Assembly: GCA_002269645.1 (NCBI GenBank)
Contig: NIVC01000764.1
Span: forward strand, 124,001-188,000
Reading direction: 5' to 3'
Length of the DNA stretch: 64,000 nt
Origin: Macrostomum lignano
Lineage: Eukaryota
The notes beneath the pieces were generated by a model. The model was not told the origin of the DNA and made no database searches. It saw only the letters and a program-made list of their open reading frames with translations. Made by a program: the position numbers and the translations under genes. Numbering within the stretch: position 1 is the stretch's first letter; each line of letters begins with the position of its first letter. Positions 10,677 to 39,134 of this stretch are shown here, in pieces.

Positions 10677-12400
10677 CTGCTGCCGCCCTCAAAAACACGG
10701 CTCTAGCAAAATATCCTGGCTACGCTCCCAATTTTGATTCTTCCACTAAGACTGCTGAAAAATGCAATTTTACCTTCCATTATTGATGCAAAAGCATCGA
10801 TTTCATGTTGTGCAGAGTAGAAGCAATCGAGGATCCGACTTCGGTACAGTTAAAAGCCCAAATTGCTAGCTGAAAGCTTTTTTGATACGGATGATGGATT
10901 AAAAATTCATTATGGATGGATAAGGGGGGGAGCCACTCAAACCTAAAATTGTATAAATGTGTGCTCAAATTTCGGCGCAGCAAAAGCAATTTACCTGCAC
11001 GAAACCTGGCATGCCACTTCAAGCCCTGACTGCCGCTCTGCTGCTCCTGCAGCTGCAGGCGCTCGCCACCGCCAAAACTCTCAACATTCTCCACACCGAC
11101 TGCCTCGACCAGTCTCGCGGCAGCGACTCCTCCGCCACGTCGTTCATCGACTGCGTGGCGACCAGCCGCACCAACGACATGGGCGGCCTTGCCGTGGCCC
11201 AGTGGAACGACCGCGACAACACCTGCTGGCTGTACAACTACCAGCGAGTCTGCCAGCAGCTTATGGGTGCCGGTCAATATGAGCAACCCACCCCGACCAG
11301 CTGCAGGACGGTCCTCGGCACCAAGTATGACGCGATCTCGGCCAGCCGACTGTTCTTATTTTTCTGGGTTGGAGACGCCGGTACTGGAAGGATGGAAAGC
11401 CTGGCTTGCATGCCGGGCGGAACCGATGCAACCATAATGTCAACTGGAGTCACCTGGACCAGCGAGGGACCTCGTCTGTACGGTTCAAACAACTCTAGGC
11501 TGTGGTCCTCTCCGGTACCGTTGCTCCACCTTACACATACTGTGTCGTTTGGGATTCGCCTGAAAAGAAGGCCGAAGAACAATATCTTTCTTGAACTGAC
11601 TGACTGCGCCACTTTCAAGGTGATGGGCATGAATATCCTCGAGAAGAACTACCTGGCCCCGACTTCGTCACCTAACGGAGCTCTGTTTGCCAACTTGGGT
11701 CCGTTCGCCAGGTCCTACACCGGTGAGTCCGCCCTGCCAGATGATGACAGTCAGTTCTTCACGCTGGGATTGGCTATCAACCGGTCAAGTATTTTTGACG
11801 ACCCAAGCGATTACGATTACAAATACTTCGTGGACTACACCGTGGTGCCGCATAACATTTTGTCTACTACTCACTGGCTCAATGCAAACACCAGCTACTG
11901 CCTGGCCATCGGCTGGAGCGGCAGCACCGGAGGGCCGACAGATTTTCTCGACGGCGTCGTCGCAGCCGTGGGCGTCTCGGCCAACAAGCTGGACAGCGCC
12001 GACTTACGTCTGGTTTTCGACCGCACCGGCTAACGACGTGAACGGATTTATGCGGCTCAGCGATTGCCATCTTTTTGTTTCCTAGCGGATGCGTTGACAT
12101 TCTTTGACTTGACTGGCAAAATATCGATTTTGTATTGGCTCGATTTTGGACTAAATATATTGGAGAAGGCGCTGGGACCGTCCCTGAACATCTTTTGATT
12201 GAATCCGATGCTTTTTCTATCAGTTATTTTTTTAGAACAAGGAACCTGTGCTTTTCTGATCGATTCATGTCACTCTGTCGAGGATTGGGAGGGAAATCTA
12301 CGGATCCAAACCATAGCTGAGGTTTTTATGTCATTCGGGTCATTTTCAGACAACTGCCAACATCCCGCTGTCTCTAGCAATATGGCGTGAAAATCCTGCT
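10677..12400. repeat. About 400-bp sequence shared with 24656-25065, here split by a 1.33-kb extra segment
   Basis: 10677-10950 and 12284-12400 align (roughly 75-80% by eye) end to end with the contiguous 24656-25065. 12450-12690 also aligns to 25760-25950. Confidence 0.75.
10957..12033 (+). CDS. Intronless secreted protein: signal peptide, PAN/Apple-like Cys module, probable LamG/ConA-like beta-sandwich
   Basis: 358-aa open ORF; likely start ATG 11011 (MPLQALTAALLLLQLQALATA signal). SFIDCVATS...WNDRDNTCWLY resembles PAN/Apple. The C-terminal beta-rich fold call is pattern-based inference. Confidence 0.7.
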   Translation: MCAQISAQQKQFTCTKPGMPLQALTAALLLLQLQALATAKTLNILHTDCLDQSRGSDSSATSFIDCVATSRTNDMGGLAVAQWNDRDNTCWLYNYQRVCQQLMGAGQYEQPTPTSCRTVLGTKYDAISASRLFLFFWVGDAGTGRMESLACMPGGTDATIMSTGVTWTSEGPRLYGSNNSRLWSSPVPLLHLTHTVSFGIRLKRRPKNNIFLELTDCATFKVMGMNILEKNYLAPTSSPNGALFANLGPFARSYTGESALPDDDSQFFTLGLAINRSSIFDDPSDYDYKYFVDYTVVPHNILSTTHWLNANTSYCLAIGWSGSTGGPTDFLDGVVAAVGVSANKLDSADLRLVFDRTG

Positions 12401-12813
12401 TAAATTTCGAAAAGTATAGTAAAAATTTAGACCCTGGTTATTTAAGAATGTGCAGTTTTGTGATAAAGTGCGTGCGCATTAGGTTTTTTAGAGTCAGGGG
12501 CAGTGTAAACGACATTGTAAACGTCTTTGTCACACAACCGGCGAGAGACATTAGTGAGAGGCATTACTACCCATTCCGCCGACTCCTTTGAGCAGGCACA
12601 CGAGCGCGCGGATACATACGCAGTCATACGTGCAGGAATACGCACACAGGAGTGTACAGCGGCCTGAACTCTATAGTTAGGCATGTACACTTTACTGTGC
12701 CTTGGTGGCGATAAATGCTAGAAAAATCTAAAAAAAACTACACATGAGAGACAGAAACAACTGCAAGGTTGCTTTCTTGTCGGTCTCCTGTAGCATTTGA
12801 AGCTCGACGATAA

Positions 12814-13343
12814 TGATGTTAGACAGGTAGTTGACGAACGCATCTCGATAGCGGGTGACGTTGGCCGGTACGTCAGCGATGGTGAATACGAGCTGCTGGT
12901 CCAAGCTGAGCAGGTAGATCGTGCAGGATGCTTTGGCTGAGTACTTGGAATCGGATGCGGTCACATTGAAGTAGAGCGAGCCCGCCATGCTGTCTTGGAA
13001 GTAGGTTCGCTCCCCTGTCTTGAGCACGCCAGTCCGATTGTCTAACGCGAACACGTTCGCGTAGATGCCGCGCTCTTCCAGCTGTAAAGTCAGCTGGCTG
13101 GTGCTGGCCAGCACTGGGGTGATGCTGAATATCAGCGCGCTGTTGTTGCCAGCGTCCAAGTCGGTGACGAACTCGGCGAAGCTGAACACTGTTGTGCCAG
13201 GCGGATCATTGACGTTAACGCCTCCGTAGTATTTTGGTGAGCTCCACACCGGCGGGTTGTCGTTGTCGTCGGCAACGTTGACAACCACCTGCGCCATGAT
13301 CGGGTTAGAAGCGTCGAATGACACCGGAGTGTCGTCCACCCCT
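12814..13343 (-). pseudogene. Internal fragment of cadherin exon 14 lacking both splice sites
   Basis: About 8 substitutions in 530 nt versus 26.84-27.36 kb. Truncated at both ends and abutting a CT-rich tract. Confidence 0.9.
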
Positions 13344-13344
13344 C

Positions 13345-13530
13345 TCTTCTCTCTCCCTTCTCTCCCCTCTTCTTTCTCGCCTTTCTTTTCTCTCTCCTCT
13401 CTCCCCTCTCTCCTCTCTTTTCTCTCTCCTCTCTCCCCTCTCTCCTCCCTCCCCTCTCTCTTCTCTCCCTTCATTTCTCATCATGTCTTATTTCTTATCT
13501 CTTCTATTCCATTTCCTTTCCTCTCTCATC
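13345..13530. repeat. CT-rich low-complexity tract
   Basis: (CTCT/CTCC/CTTT)n. Confidence 0.9.
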
Positions 13531-13559
13531 TGGCCCGTAGCCATGAGCTGGATTCTTCC

Positions 13560-13596
13560 TCCGGCCCCCTGAGGTAAAAAAGTTTGCCGACCCCTG
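13560..13596 (-). mobile_element. Isolated hAT-like terminus CAGGGGTCGGCAAACTTTTT...GGGGGCCGG
   Basis: Resembles common hAT non-autonomous ends; no partner TIR or TSD found. Confidence 0.4.
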
Positions 13597-13788
13597 CCCT
13601 GATCCGTCACTGGGATCTCGGATCCGTTCGACAGCAGATTGAAGCAGTCAAACCTGTACCAAAAACATCACGCCAAAATGCTCCCAGTATAGCCTTAAAT
13701 CTCTCGTTTGGCCTTGGGATTTTCCTGGTAAATTTCGGAATTTCCTATCACTTCAATCATAGCATATATGCACACTGATCACGACAAT

Positions 13789-14047
13789 GGGCCGTATGCA
13801 GAAAGCTCTGTCTAGGGTAGTCCGGTCTTGAAAAGCTAGTCTAGACTTGGATTTGGTATGCAGAAACACAAGGGGCCGTATGCAGAAAGCCTAGTCCAGA
13901 CTAGCTAGTCCGGGCTTGGGTAGTTCAGTCTATGGTCTATGGTCTAGCTAGCCTAGTTCTGCTATAGAAGACCGGTCTAACTTTGCGTTTCTGCATACCA
14001 AATCCAAGTCTAGACCACAGATACTAAATACCCTAGATGGTTCACTC
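13789..14047. repeat. Palindromic cluster of Harbinger-like GGGCCGTATGCAGAAAG termini and internal inverted repeats
   Basis: GGGCCGTATGCAGAAAGC at 13789 and 13873. CTAGACTTGGATTTGGTATGCAGAAAC (about 13841) is inverted against about 13987-14013. Confidence 0.65.
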
Positions 14048-17000
14048 AGCATTATCTTTATGCGTCAGTTTGATTTGCTACTCTCTGTCCAGTGGCATAA
14101 GCGCATATTTGCTCTATTTTTTGTCTTGACATAAAATATTTGGAGAGAATGATGGTCTAGATGCCCGCGTCACACGCGCACAACCTTGGCGCTTTCAATT
14201 CTTTTATCTATGGCCAAGCTTGGCAGTGGATCGGAATTCTCAGGCGTAAAAACCACTAGTAAAATTTGCACCCACCCCAAAAAGGCGTTGGTCTTGGCCA
14301 TAGACAGTCGAAGAAATCGATTGACTTCGTTTCTAGCTAGCAGTCAAGTGGGACGAGATACGGAGTTTAAAGTAATAAGGCAGGACGGAGAAAGAAAAGA
14401 TTTTACTTCGCACTTTACCAGCAAGCAGTGCAAGAACGACAAAAACACCAGCAACGCTTCTTGCAATCACCATACTGACATGGAATTCAGCTCAAAGCGC
14501 TGCTGTGCAGCCACCTGCACCCATACAGCGCAATCTCTAACGGACGAGGGAGTGGCTGTGCGAATGCACAGGTTTCCAGCGGACGACGGAGTTGCGAATC
14601 GATGGAGGCAAATGCTGGAAATCGACTTGGACATCGGAGCCATTCGCAAGATGGGATTGCGAGTGTGCAGTGTGCATTTTACTGACAATCATTACAGCTG
14701 TCCTTCTCTGCGACATGAATATACCACACGTTTGCGATGGAATGCCGTTCCAGACAGGGAGCTGACTCTACCCCGCCTCATTGCACATGACCTGACACAT
14801 TTGGTTTTTCGCAGTGACGAAGAGGCTGACAATCTCTATCCACCTGAACTGCAGCCATTCAACAGCACCGATGGTGAGCCGCCACAGGCCGAAGAGCAGC
14901 AGACAATGCCAACAGCCAACAGCTCAACCAACCAAGGTCATGCTGAACAACGAAGCAATAACATCGCTCAGCTGCGCAGCAAAGTTCGCCGCCAAAAAAC
15001 CACCATCCGACAGATGCAAGCGCGAATAGAAAAAGCAAAAGCAGTCCAGTCGGGTAGCAGCAGCTCAATAGCTACTCGTCTGATGCAGCAGAAGATCAGG
15101 CGTGATGTTCGCAGTCGCGGCATGCGCTGGACCAAAAAAGACATTGCGTGCTCAATTCAGCTGCATCACAAACGCTCGTCAGCTTACCGACTGGTCCGCA
15201 ATAAGTGGAAAATTCCGCTACCATCAAGTTCGACAATTAGGCGGCGAATTCGACAGTATTTCGTATTGCCTGGGATTTGCAACTTGACGATACGATCCTT
15301 GCAGTCCAAGTTTGATGCATCATCGACAAATCAGCAGCGGATTGCTACCATTTGCTTCGATGGAATGAGTCTCACACCCAGCCTGCGCTACCAGCAACAT
15401 CGTGACGTGGTGGTGGGCTGCGATCCACGAACCGCTGATGACAGCAAGGAGCAGTTGCCCAGACCTGTAAACGAGGCCATCGTCGCTGTGCTTCGAGGAG
15501 TCTTTCAGGACTGGAAACAAGCAATCGCATATTATCCTGTTTTTCGAACTCTTGGCCAAGAAGGATTCGGGATAGCTATTGATGAGTGCCTGACAGCTAG
15601 CCACAAGGCCGGGATTAAGGTCGTTGCACTGGTTGCGGATCAAGAGTCAACCCAGTGGGCTCACCTTTCCAGACGGGCTGACACTGCAAATCCTTTTTTA
15701 CGTCACCCTGTAACCGGTGAGCCAGTCTACGTCATCGTGGACATCCCACATTGCCTAAAAAATGCTAGAAACGCCCTGATGAAGAACGACATCAAATTCA
15801 ACGAGTGCAAGCTAGCTAAGTGGCAGCATCTCATCCAGTTTTATCAGAACGACAGCGGCCCATCTCTCCGATTAGCAAGCAAGCTCACCGACGCTCATTT
15901 CAGCTTAGCTCTGGGTCAGAAGATGAAAGTATCGCTCGCAGCACAAGTGTTAAGCCATTCTGTTGCAAGTGGTATCAGGACTTTGGTCCATCATAATGAG
16001 TTATCTGAGGATGCGTTGCAGACAGCTGAATTTGCGAAGCGTCTGAATGACATTTTCGACATGCTGAACTCAGCGCATCTCTATGGCAAAGGCTTCCAGC
16101 AGCCGATTCATCGCGATACTCTATCGGCGCAGATCGACCGTCTGACAGAGGCGGAAGACTTCGTGCGGAGCTGGCGCTTTCTCCCACTGAATGGGCGCGC
16201 TGTTAAGCCTACGATGCCATTCAAAGAAGGGTGGCTCCTATCGCTTTCTGCTACCAAGCAGCTGTGCACTACTCTCATTCGGGACCACCACTTTGACTAC
16301 GTGTGTACTCGCCGATTTACTCAAGATCACGTTGAGGTAAGTTCACAAAATTTATTAAAAGCGAGACTATATTTCCATAATTAAATATTTAAAGATTACT
16401 TCACCCTAATTAGTGGTTCAGCAATGTACAAGAATTTGCATTGATGAAACAAAGGGCATCGTACAATTCTCCTCTTCAGAACCTTTTCTGCATCATCCGC
16501 AGGCACAACGGTTTTAACGACAGACCAGAGCTCAGCTCCTTCGTCGGTGCCCTGCGGTCCGTGGCTGCCAGCGGCCTGGCCCAGCCTGACTCGACGTCTC
16601 GCAACTGCGAAGACGACAACTGTGAGGCTGCCATCATAGCAGCCTGCGCCCCACCGGTGCCGGAGACTGTGTGACTACCAAAGCGGGTCCACAGAACTCA
16701 AGCAGTGTTGTATGCCAGGCACCACAGCAGCAGCTGCTCCAAAAAAACTGGACTCCTGGCAGGGCGCAAGCAATGTCTCGCTGGAAGCTGCTGAGTACGT
16801 TGGCGGATATGTGCTAAAGCGAAGCCGAGTTCTTCACTGTCAGGTGTGCAACTCTTTGCTTACAGCATCCGAATCTGCAGGGGTTCACATCCAGCACAAG
16901 ACCTACTCGCATGCATTCCGCGGGTTGACTGCGCCCTCGCCGGTGGCGCTTGTTGCATTTATGAAGATGGAAGCCGAGTTCGCAGCCCTGACATCCAGCT

Positions 17001-17621
17001 TCATAATCCAGCCTCGTGTGGCAGCTCGGTTTGTTAACCACCTCCGGGAACAATTAGTAGCACTGCCTGCCTGCGAGCTGCATCACACGCGGGTGCATAA
17101 TCAGGTTTTTAAAAATTTTGCTCACCTACGGCTGCACCATTGGTGCCGACGTGAAATGAAGAACCTGCGTGCAGTGGCCCAAAAAAAGAAAACTATGGGG
17201 AAAATTCGCAAACTACACTAACTTTGTTACACTAGTATAACTTAAGAACTTTATAGTCGCATCCTTTTATTCTACGGTAATTTTAATTTCACTGTATTAT
17301 AAATACGCTCGTATTACCCCGTTTTGTTCTTTTTTCTCACTTGAAATGCACAAAAATGTTGCTTGCTTGCTAAATAAATAAAAATAATTACTGAGTATAC
17401 CAGTAGCAATGTAGCATTAAAGTTTGACTTACGATTGTGTAGACAACGTCAATAATCAATGTTTTAGCTTAATTATTCACAGCTACATGCAGTTGAATAA
17501 ATAAATATAGCTTTTTACGATCATACTACCGAACAGAGAGTAGTTTTGCTAAATATAGTCGAGTGAACCATCTATGGTATTTAGTATCTGTGGTCTGGAC
17601 TAGGCTTTCTGCATACGGCCC
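13873..17621 (+). mobile_element. THAP/P-element-superfamily DNA transposon bounded by nested inverted repeats
   Basis: Perfect 29-bp IR at 13873-13901 / 17593-17621 and a 40-bp IR with 2 mismatches at 14008-14047 / 17561-17600. Encodes a P-type transposase. Confidence 0.85.
14480..17221 (+). CDS. THAP9/P-element-like transposase; exons 14480-16336 and 16480-17221, one frameshift near 16670
   Basis: THAP (CCAATC...HRFP...RW...VCSVHF), FDGMSL, VADQ, DIPHCLKNARNAL, KMKVSLAAQVLSHSVA, TRRFTQDHVE|NLFCIIR joined across a GT-AG intron, YVGGYV..CQVC, RLHHWC. Confidence 0.9.
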
Positions 17622-17799
17622 AAAATCGAGTGATAGATTCCTACTAGATTGTACACCCATAGACAACCAATTCAAAGTAGGAGACTTCTGGCAAGAGCAC
17701 TTTGGCTGCATAAAAACTCTAACGGGAGCACTCTGGCAGGAGCATCTTGGCATGAGCATTCTGCTTCACATGTCGGTGAATCAGCTAGCGAATCGTCTG

Positions 17800-18250
17800 A
17801 AAAATAGTCGTTTTAATAATATGGCCGTTTTAACAATACTGTCGTCTCGTCTTAAAAATACTGTACTTTTACGGTTGTAATGATACGGTCGTTTTAATAA
17901 TACTCATTTTAATATTCATGTTCTAATAATAGGGTTTTTTAAATAATACTAGTTTTAATTATACTGTCGTTTTAATAACCGTCGTTTTACCAATGGCGTT
18001 TCAAAATTACTGTCGTATAAGTTAATAATAGTCATTTTAATAATAATGTCCTTTTAACAATCTGATTGTTTTAATAATACTGTCGTTTTAATAATACTGC
18101 CGTTTTAATAATACTGTTATTTTAGTATTTATGTCGTCCTAAGTATAATGTAGTTTTAAAATAATGGTCGTTTAAACAATACGGTCGTTTCAATAATACA
18201 GCTCTTTTAATAATATTGTCGTTTTAATAATACCATCGTTCTAATATTAA
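17800..18250. repeat. Degenerate AT-rich tandem repeat (GTCGTTTTAATAATAC core)
   Basis: About 20-bp units repeated many times. Confidence 0.8.
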
Positions 18251-18664
18251 TCAACCGGTCAATCAGCTGTGAATTAAGAAGTAGCGGAATTGAATTTGCG
18301 GAATGGAAATTTCAACCAGAAAAATGATATATATGCCCCAGGCTCTTTCTATCCCACTTGACAAAATTGGTTGGCAATTGTTAGAACTGATTGAAATTTT
18401 GTAGAAAGTGTATGCAAAGTGTCGATTCTGAATCGCAGTTTGTCTTAATTGGTTGAAACGGATGTGTCACGTTTTGAGTCGTAGTCCCCAAAGAAGGATG
18501 AGTTGAACGATTGGCGGTGTAGCAGTTTGTGTAGCGGTAGCACTGATTAATAGACCGTTGGTTAAATTCGTTGTGGTCTTGGCTTTTATATTTTTCTCAA
18601 AAATAGTAATAGAATTACAGAGGATATAACAATATGGGCACTGCCGGCTGCAACAATGAGTTTA

Positions 18665-18940
18665 TGCTAAGATGAGTAGGCGATGGCGGATGGCGATGAG
18701 GCAATAACGGTGAGCAGCGGTCGTGAGTAGCCAGAAGTGGCGGAGAGTGGCGCTAGCCGTAGTAGAAGTACAAGTGGAATACGGTGTGTAACAGGCTGGC
18801 CCAGACAGAGGAGCCGTGGCGAGAGATAAGGAGGTTCGAGGCAGCCAGGCGAGAGAGAAGGAAAACAAGAGCCGCGAAGTGAGGAGGCCCCCAGCCCGCC
18901 GCCAGGCGGGGGTTAATAAAGAGCGCTAAAGGGGGTAGCA
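18665..18940. mobile_element. Possible solo LTR or MITE (TGCTA...TAGCA)
   Basis: 276-bp GC-rich island with short inverted ends, TA on both sides and AATAAA near the right end. Confidence 0.25.
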
Positions 18941-19389
18941 TAAAACACGGAGAGTTTTCATTGGCTAGCGAGAGAATTTGAAATTATCGATCGTGCTAAA
19001 ATTTACAGACGAACGCAAGGCCTACCAAATACACAGTGAATTAGCAATTGATACAGATTATTTGCACGCTACTACAAGTAAACGTTAAAATAAACTATTG
19101 GAGAAATTTAAATGAGAAATTGCAAGGGAAACTACAGTCCAACGGCCCTTTTGCGGGACCACCTTAAACTAGCAACGTCACAGATGCCTCACGTGATGGA
19201 ATAGGTTGGCAGTTGTTGGAACTGATCGACTGTTTGTTGGAAATGTATGCAAACTGTTGAATCCGTATCGTAGTTTGTCGAAACTGGAGGGAACCTGAAA
19301 CTTTCACAACCAAAAAGTGTCAGATGCCAGAAAGTTAAAAATGGTTGCAGCTAGTACAAAACTGAAAGTGAGAAGGTGTAGACCAGTCA

Positions 19390-21501
19390 ATGGCAGACAA
19401 ACCTGCGGATATTCCGCGTGTCGAATCGACACCGTCGATTTCTTTGCCGCGTCAGCGCACTCGTCCTTACAGGTGGTGACCAACAGACGAGCTGGTGTCG
19501 CTTAGCGATCGGCTCAATTGTCTTGGCTATGCACATCGTCTTCTATATCGGGTGCCGTCGGCCAGTCGCGGCAAAATCTGCAATCCGATGGTTTTATCGA
19601 CAACGACGACGATGTGCATCTGCAGAGCCAGTGTCAACGAAATCAGGCGCCAGCTGAACGGTATAAACGATCGCCGACGACGTGGGTATATCGTCAAAAA
19701 CCGAACCACTGGAACCTCATATCGTGACTACGCAACATCTGATTCCCTGCCAACGAACAGCAGCAGGTACACTGTGACCAGTTTTCCAATCAACAAGTGC
19801 CATCCGAGCATCTGCAACAACAACAGCAGCAGTTGCCGCCTCGCCTGTCCAAATTACAGCCAATGCATGACCAGCCGCCGCAGCACCGGCAGCAGCATCA
19901 ATCGCAACAACCGTCGCAGCCACAATCGCGCCCTCGGCGTGCTCTGCAGCAGCAGGGCCATTTGCCCTCGGTGCGAGACCAGTCGTACCGAGCGATTTTG
20001 ATTGGTCTGCGCAACCGGCTCCCCGCGCAAATGTCGGACCTGCTGCAGTTGGCAATGCAATCTATGGCGCTGTCGCCGTCAATCTAGCACAATTACGTCG
20101 TACAGGCTGCTCTAGCTTCTGGGCAGGGCGCAGTCGCCGATACAGCCTCTACCATACCGCGACCTGTTCGGAGATCCGCTCCAACTGTCCAATTGCTTAG
20201 TAGGACCAATAAATGAAGACGGAAATGAACAAGTAACGCTTGAAGCTAGATTTAGCAACAGAGGGCTAAATTATGGATCATGAAACTATTATACGTTCTA
20301 AGTACACACAAAACAGGCACAATTAAAACGGCCCAATTGGGGGCCACCAAATGCAAAATTACATAGAGAAAATTAGGAAAAAGGAAAATTATTGTCAATT
20401 TATGTGGATAAATCTGACACCAACAATAGTCGGTTGCATTTCATCGATTATCGAATGATGCGATGCATCGATCCCGAAGTTGCTGTGTGGACCTGACCAA
20501 ATGGCTGGCCGCGGTAAATGGGCTGACTGCGACATTAGTGCCGGACATACGTGTAAGTTAGGACGGGATTTACAGGTTTTAAATAGTGCCAAACGTTCCT
20601 TCATAGTTTCGTTGTTTTTTCCGTTTTTATATACTAGTAATTATTACCTGTACATAATAATAACGATTAAACAGATGTTTGTACATAGGCGAATGTATTG
20701 AAACGACCTAATTTTAGTACGGTGATACGTTACAGTTTATTAACATAATAATTGAATAAGCGAGTAAAATATTAAATATAGTCAGTTTGAACAACAGCCA
20801 ATAAATTGCGTTGCAGTTTTAACGTTAGTGTCAATGAAAATACGTAAACTACTGTCATACTGTCAATTAAATTGATGCCCATTATCATTTCAATGTTTCC
20901 ATCTCGACGCATTGTCAAATTAAAGCGCTCGATTTTGAATGCAATCCAATCCAATTGATTCATCACCAGTATATCGTTTTATTGTACTATTAACTGAACA
21001 TTAACGATTTAATGTATACGTTGAATCGATACTGCGCATTCTGGCTATTTTAGTCCTTGTTGCTAACCAACGAGTAAATCCTGAGTTTAAATTTTAAAAA
21101 ACGGCATCCCTAATTGTCGTAGGCTTTCTAGGAACCAAAAACAACTGCTTCCACAGTCGGCCGTCAAGGACGACCTTCGCCGCTGCCTGAGCGACGCGGC
21201 CTGGCCGGTGCTGGAGCAGTGCCAGCGGCGGGAGCGCATCGCCCAGGTGCTCGACGGCCTGCCATTGGCCGCAGTCTGGTGCGGCCTCGTCCAACTCGCC
21301 GCCTCGGAGACCGCGTCAAACTCGAAGTCTGGCAGAAGCGGTGGAGTCGGCGGCGGCGGCCTCATCGGTCACGTGGCGTACGCGCTGACGCTGATCTACC
21401 TGCCCACTCTGCCTCCGCCAGTGCCTCTGCAGCCAGCTGCTGCCGCCCAGCAACAGCAGTCTGGCACCGTCGGGAAGCCGGCACAATCAGGTGGGCATTG
21501 A
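19390..21501 (+). CDS. Candidate unassigned gene fragments (Gln-rich segment at about 19800-20087; exon-like 21125-21501)
   Basis: GC-rich, codon-like islands in AT-rich surroundings, with an AG acceptor at about 21122. No family recognised. Confidence 0.3.
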
Positions 21502-22399
21502 GTCTTGTTCCCAACCAGTCTTTATACTTAATGAAAATAATGTTAATCACTGTGGAAAGGCAAAACCTATTCGAATTAAAAAGTCAAGGACAAACGTAAA
21601 AAAACAGAATTGAGATCATTTCGTGTTTGTAATAACCGTTATCATTTGAATTATTTAACAAAAATGTATCGTGCTTATAAAATTGTTCACGTAAAATTCA
21701 TTCGCGTAATGAAAATTAATTGAAAGTAAAAAATACTTTTATACTCGTAGCTCGCGCATGTTTCATGACACAATGTTTTATGTTAGGATTAGTAAAATAT
21801 AACTTTGTATAAGCATTTCATACAAATCAGTTTTATATTTCACCTTGAATATACGCGTGCAAAAGCAGCACGTCTACTTTACAGGCTTGTAAGTAGTATC
21901 GCGCGGGCATTATTGTGAGAAAGTTTGAGGGTAAAACAAACCATATAAAATTTGAGTGTCCGATTAACAAACAGGCACTGAAACAAACGCATTCGCGCTC
22001 TACTTCTTAGTGATACTACTAGAAGTACGAAATGAACCAATTGATTAGTCAATATCGCATAATGAAGAGTGTTTGACTTGGATCTCAATTTAGTCATGAA
22101 TTACAAGTCGTTATTGTACGATCTGGTGCGGATTATATATGAATATTGAAGCATGACGGTATGCGCGATTATTTCTCATTCTCATTGTCAGACATGTCTT
22201 GAAGGTTACATATGTAGGCCGCATTGTCGTCCCTCATTGACGCCAGAGACTGCAATAGTTGGACGCATCACCTCTGACCTGTGAGCTTCATATATTTTAC
22301 TACTTGGAAGCCCAGAGAGTGGGGATATTGTTTATCTACTAGTTGTAGGCACACAAAAAAACTGATACATGTACGTGTGCGTGTCCTTAAAAGAATCTT

Positions 22400-38315
<15,916 letters not shown>

Positions 38316-39134
38316 TTTGAACTCAACTCGTCTTAATCTGGTGCTCAATCGGCGCTGTCACCGACGCAGGAATGTCGGAGAGATGAGCTATCAAATATAC
38401 TCTTTGCCCCACCCAAAATATTCTTCTTGTGGCTAAGAAATGCTCGCCCAGTTCTGCCCAGCCAATTAGGCTGTGTGTGTGCACTGCTCACACCCGGAGA
38501 GAGGTGGGGTATCTCTCTCAATTGGGTGTCTCAACTCTAAACCCTACACAATGAGATTCTTCAGCATTTATATTGTGTGCTGTCAGTTCCAGTACGATAG
38601 TCAGGCCTCCCTTTCATTTTTTACGCATTTTTTATAGCCCTAGCTTCGTCTCAAAACAGACATTGGAGGTAGCAGGGGGTTGAGATGCTATTTTTTGTTT
38701 ATCTTCTCTTTCTCTCTTTCTCTATAAGCTTTCTGAAGGCTCAACGCACGAATTTCAATCTTCATTTCTCATTTCGTCGCAAGAAATTTGAGACCATCAT
38801 ATATAAGCTCGTAGTTAGACTTTGTACTTAACCTCTTGTCACAGGGTCTCGGATAGAATAACTTGACACTATGCTTGCACATTAGTGATGGGGAGACAGA
38901 GAGAGACAGAGGGGTAAATTATAGAAAAGCTGAGTTGCTCTTATTATGATAATATAGTTTAGTTAGAGGCCATATTTAGCATCTAAAATTGTTGTACTCA
39001 CAGTAGCTGAGCTCACCCACCCCCTGGGCTGAAGTAGATGAGCCCACTCGCTGCACAGCTCCATCATCTACCGGTATATCTATTCGTGTAATCAATTCGT
39101 GCTGCAAGAGATTATGAAGCGATCGAGCCTGATG

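Noticed and set aside
12495-13596. Pack-hAT element capturing the cadherin exon
   Set aside because: The left candidate end (CAGGGGCAGTG) matches poorly and the 8-bp flanks (TTTAGAGT versus CCCTGATC) are not a TSD.
19480-21300. Smad MH2, SWIM or death-effector-domain identity for the orphan segments
   Set aside because: Only scattered residues resemble these families; not supportable without an HMM search.
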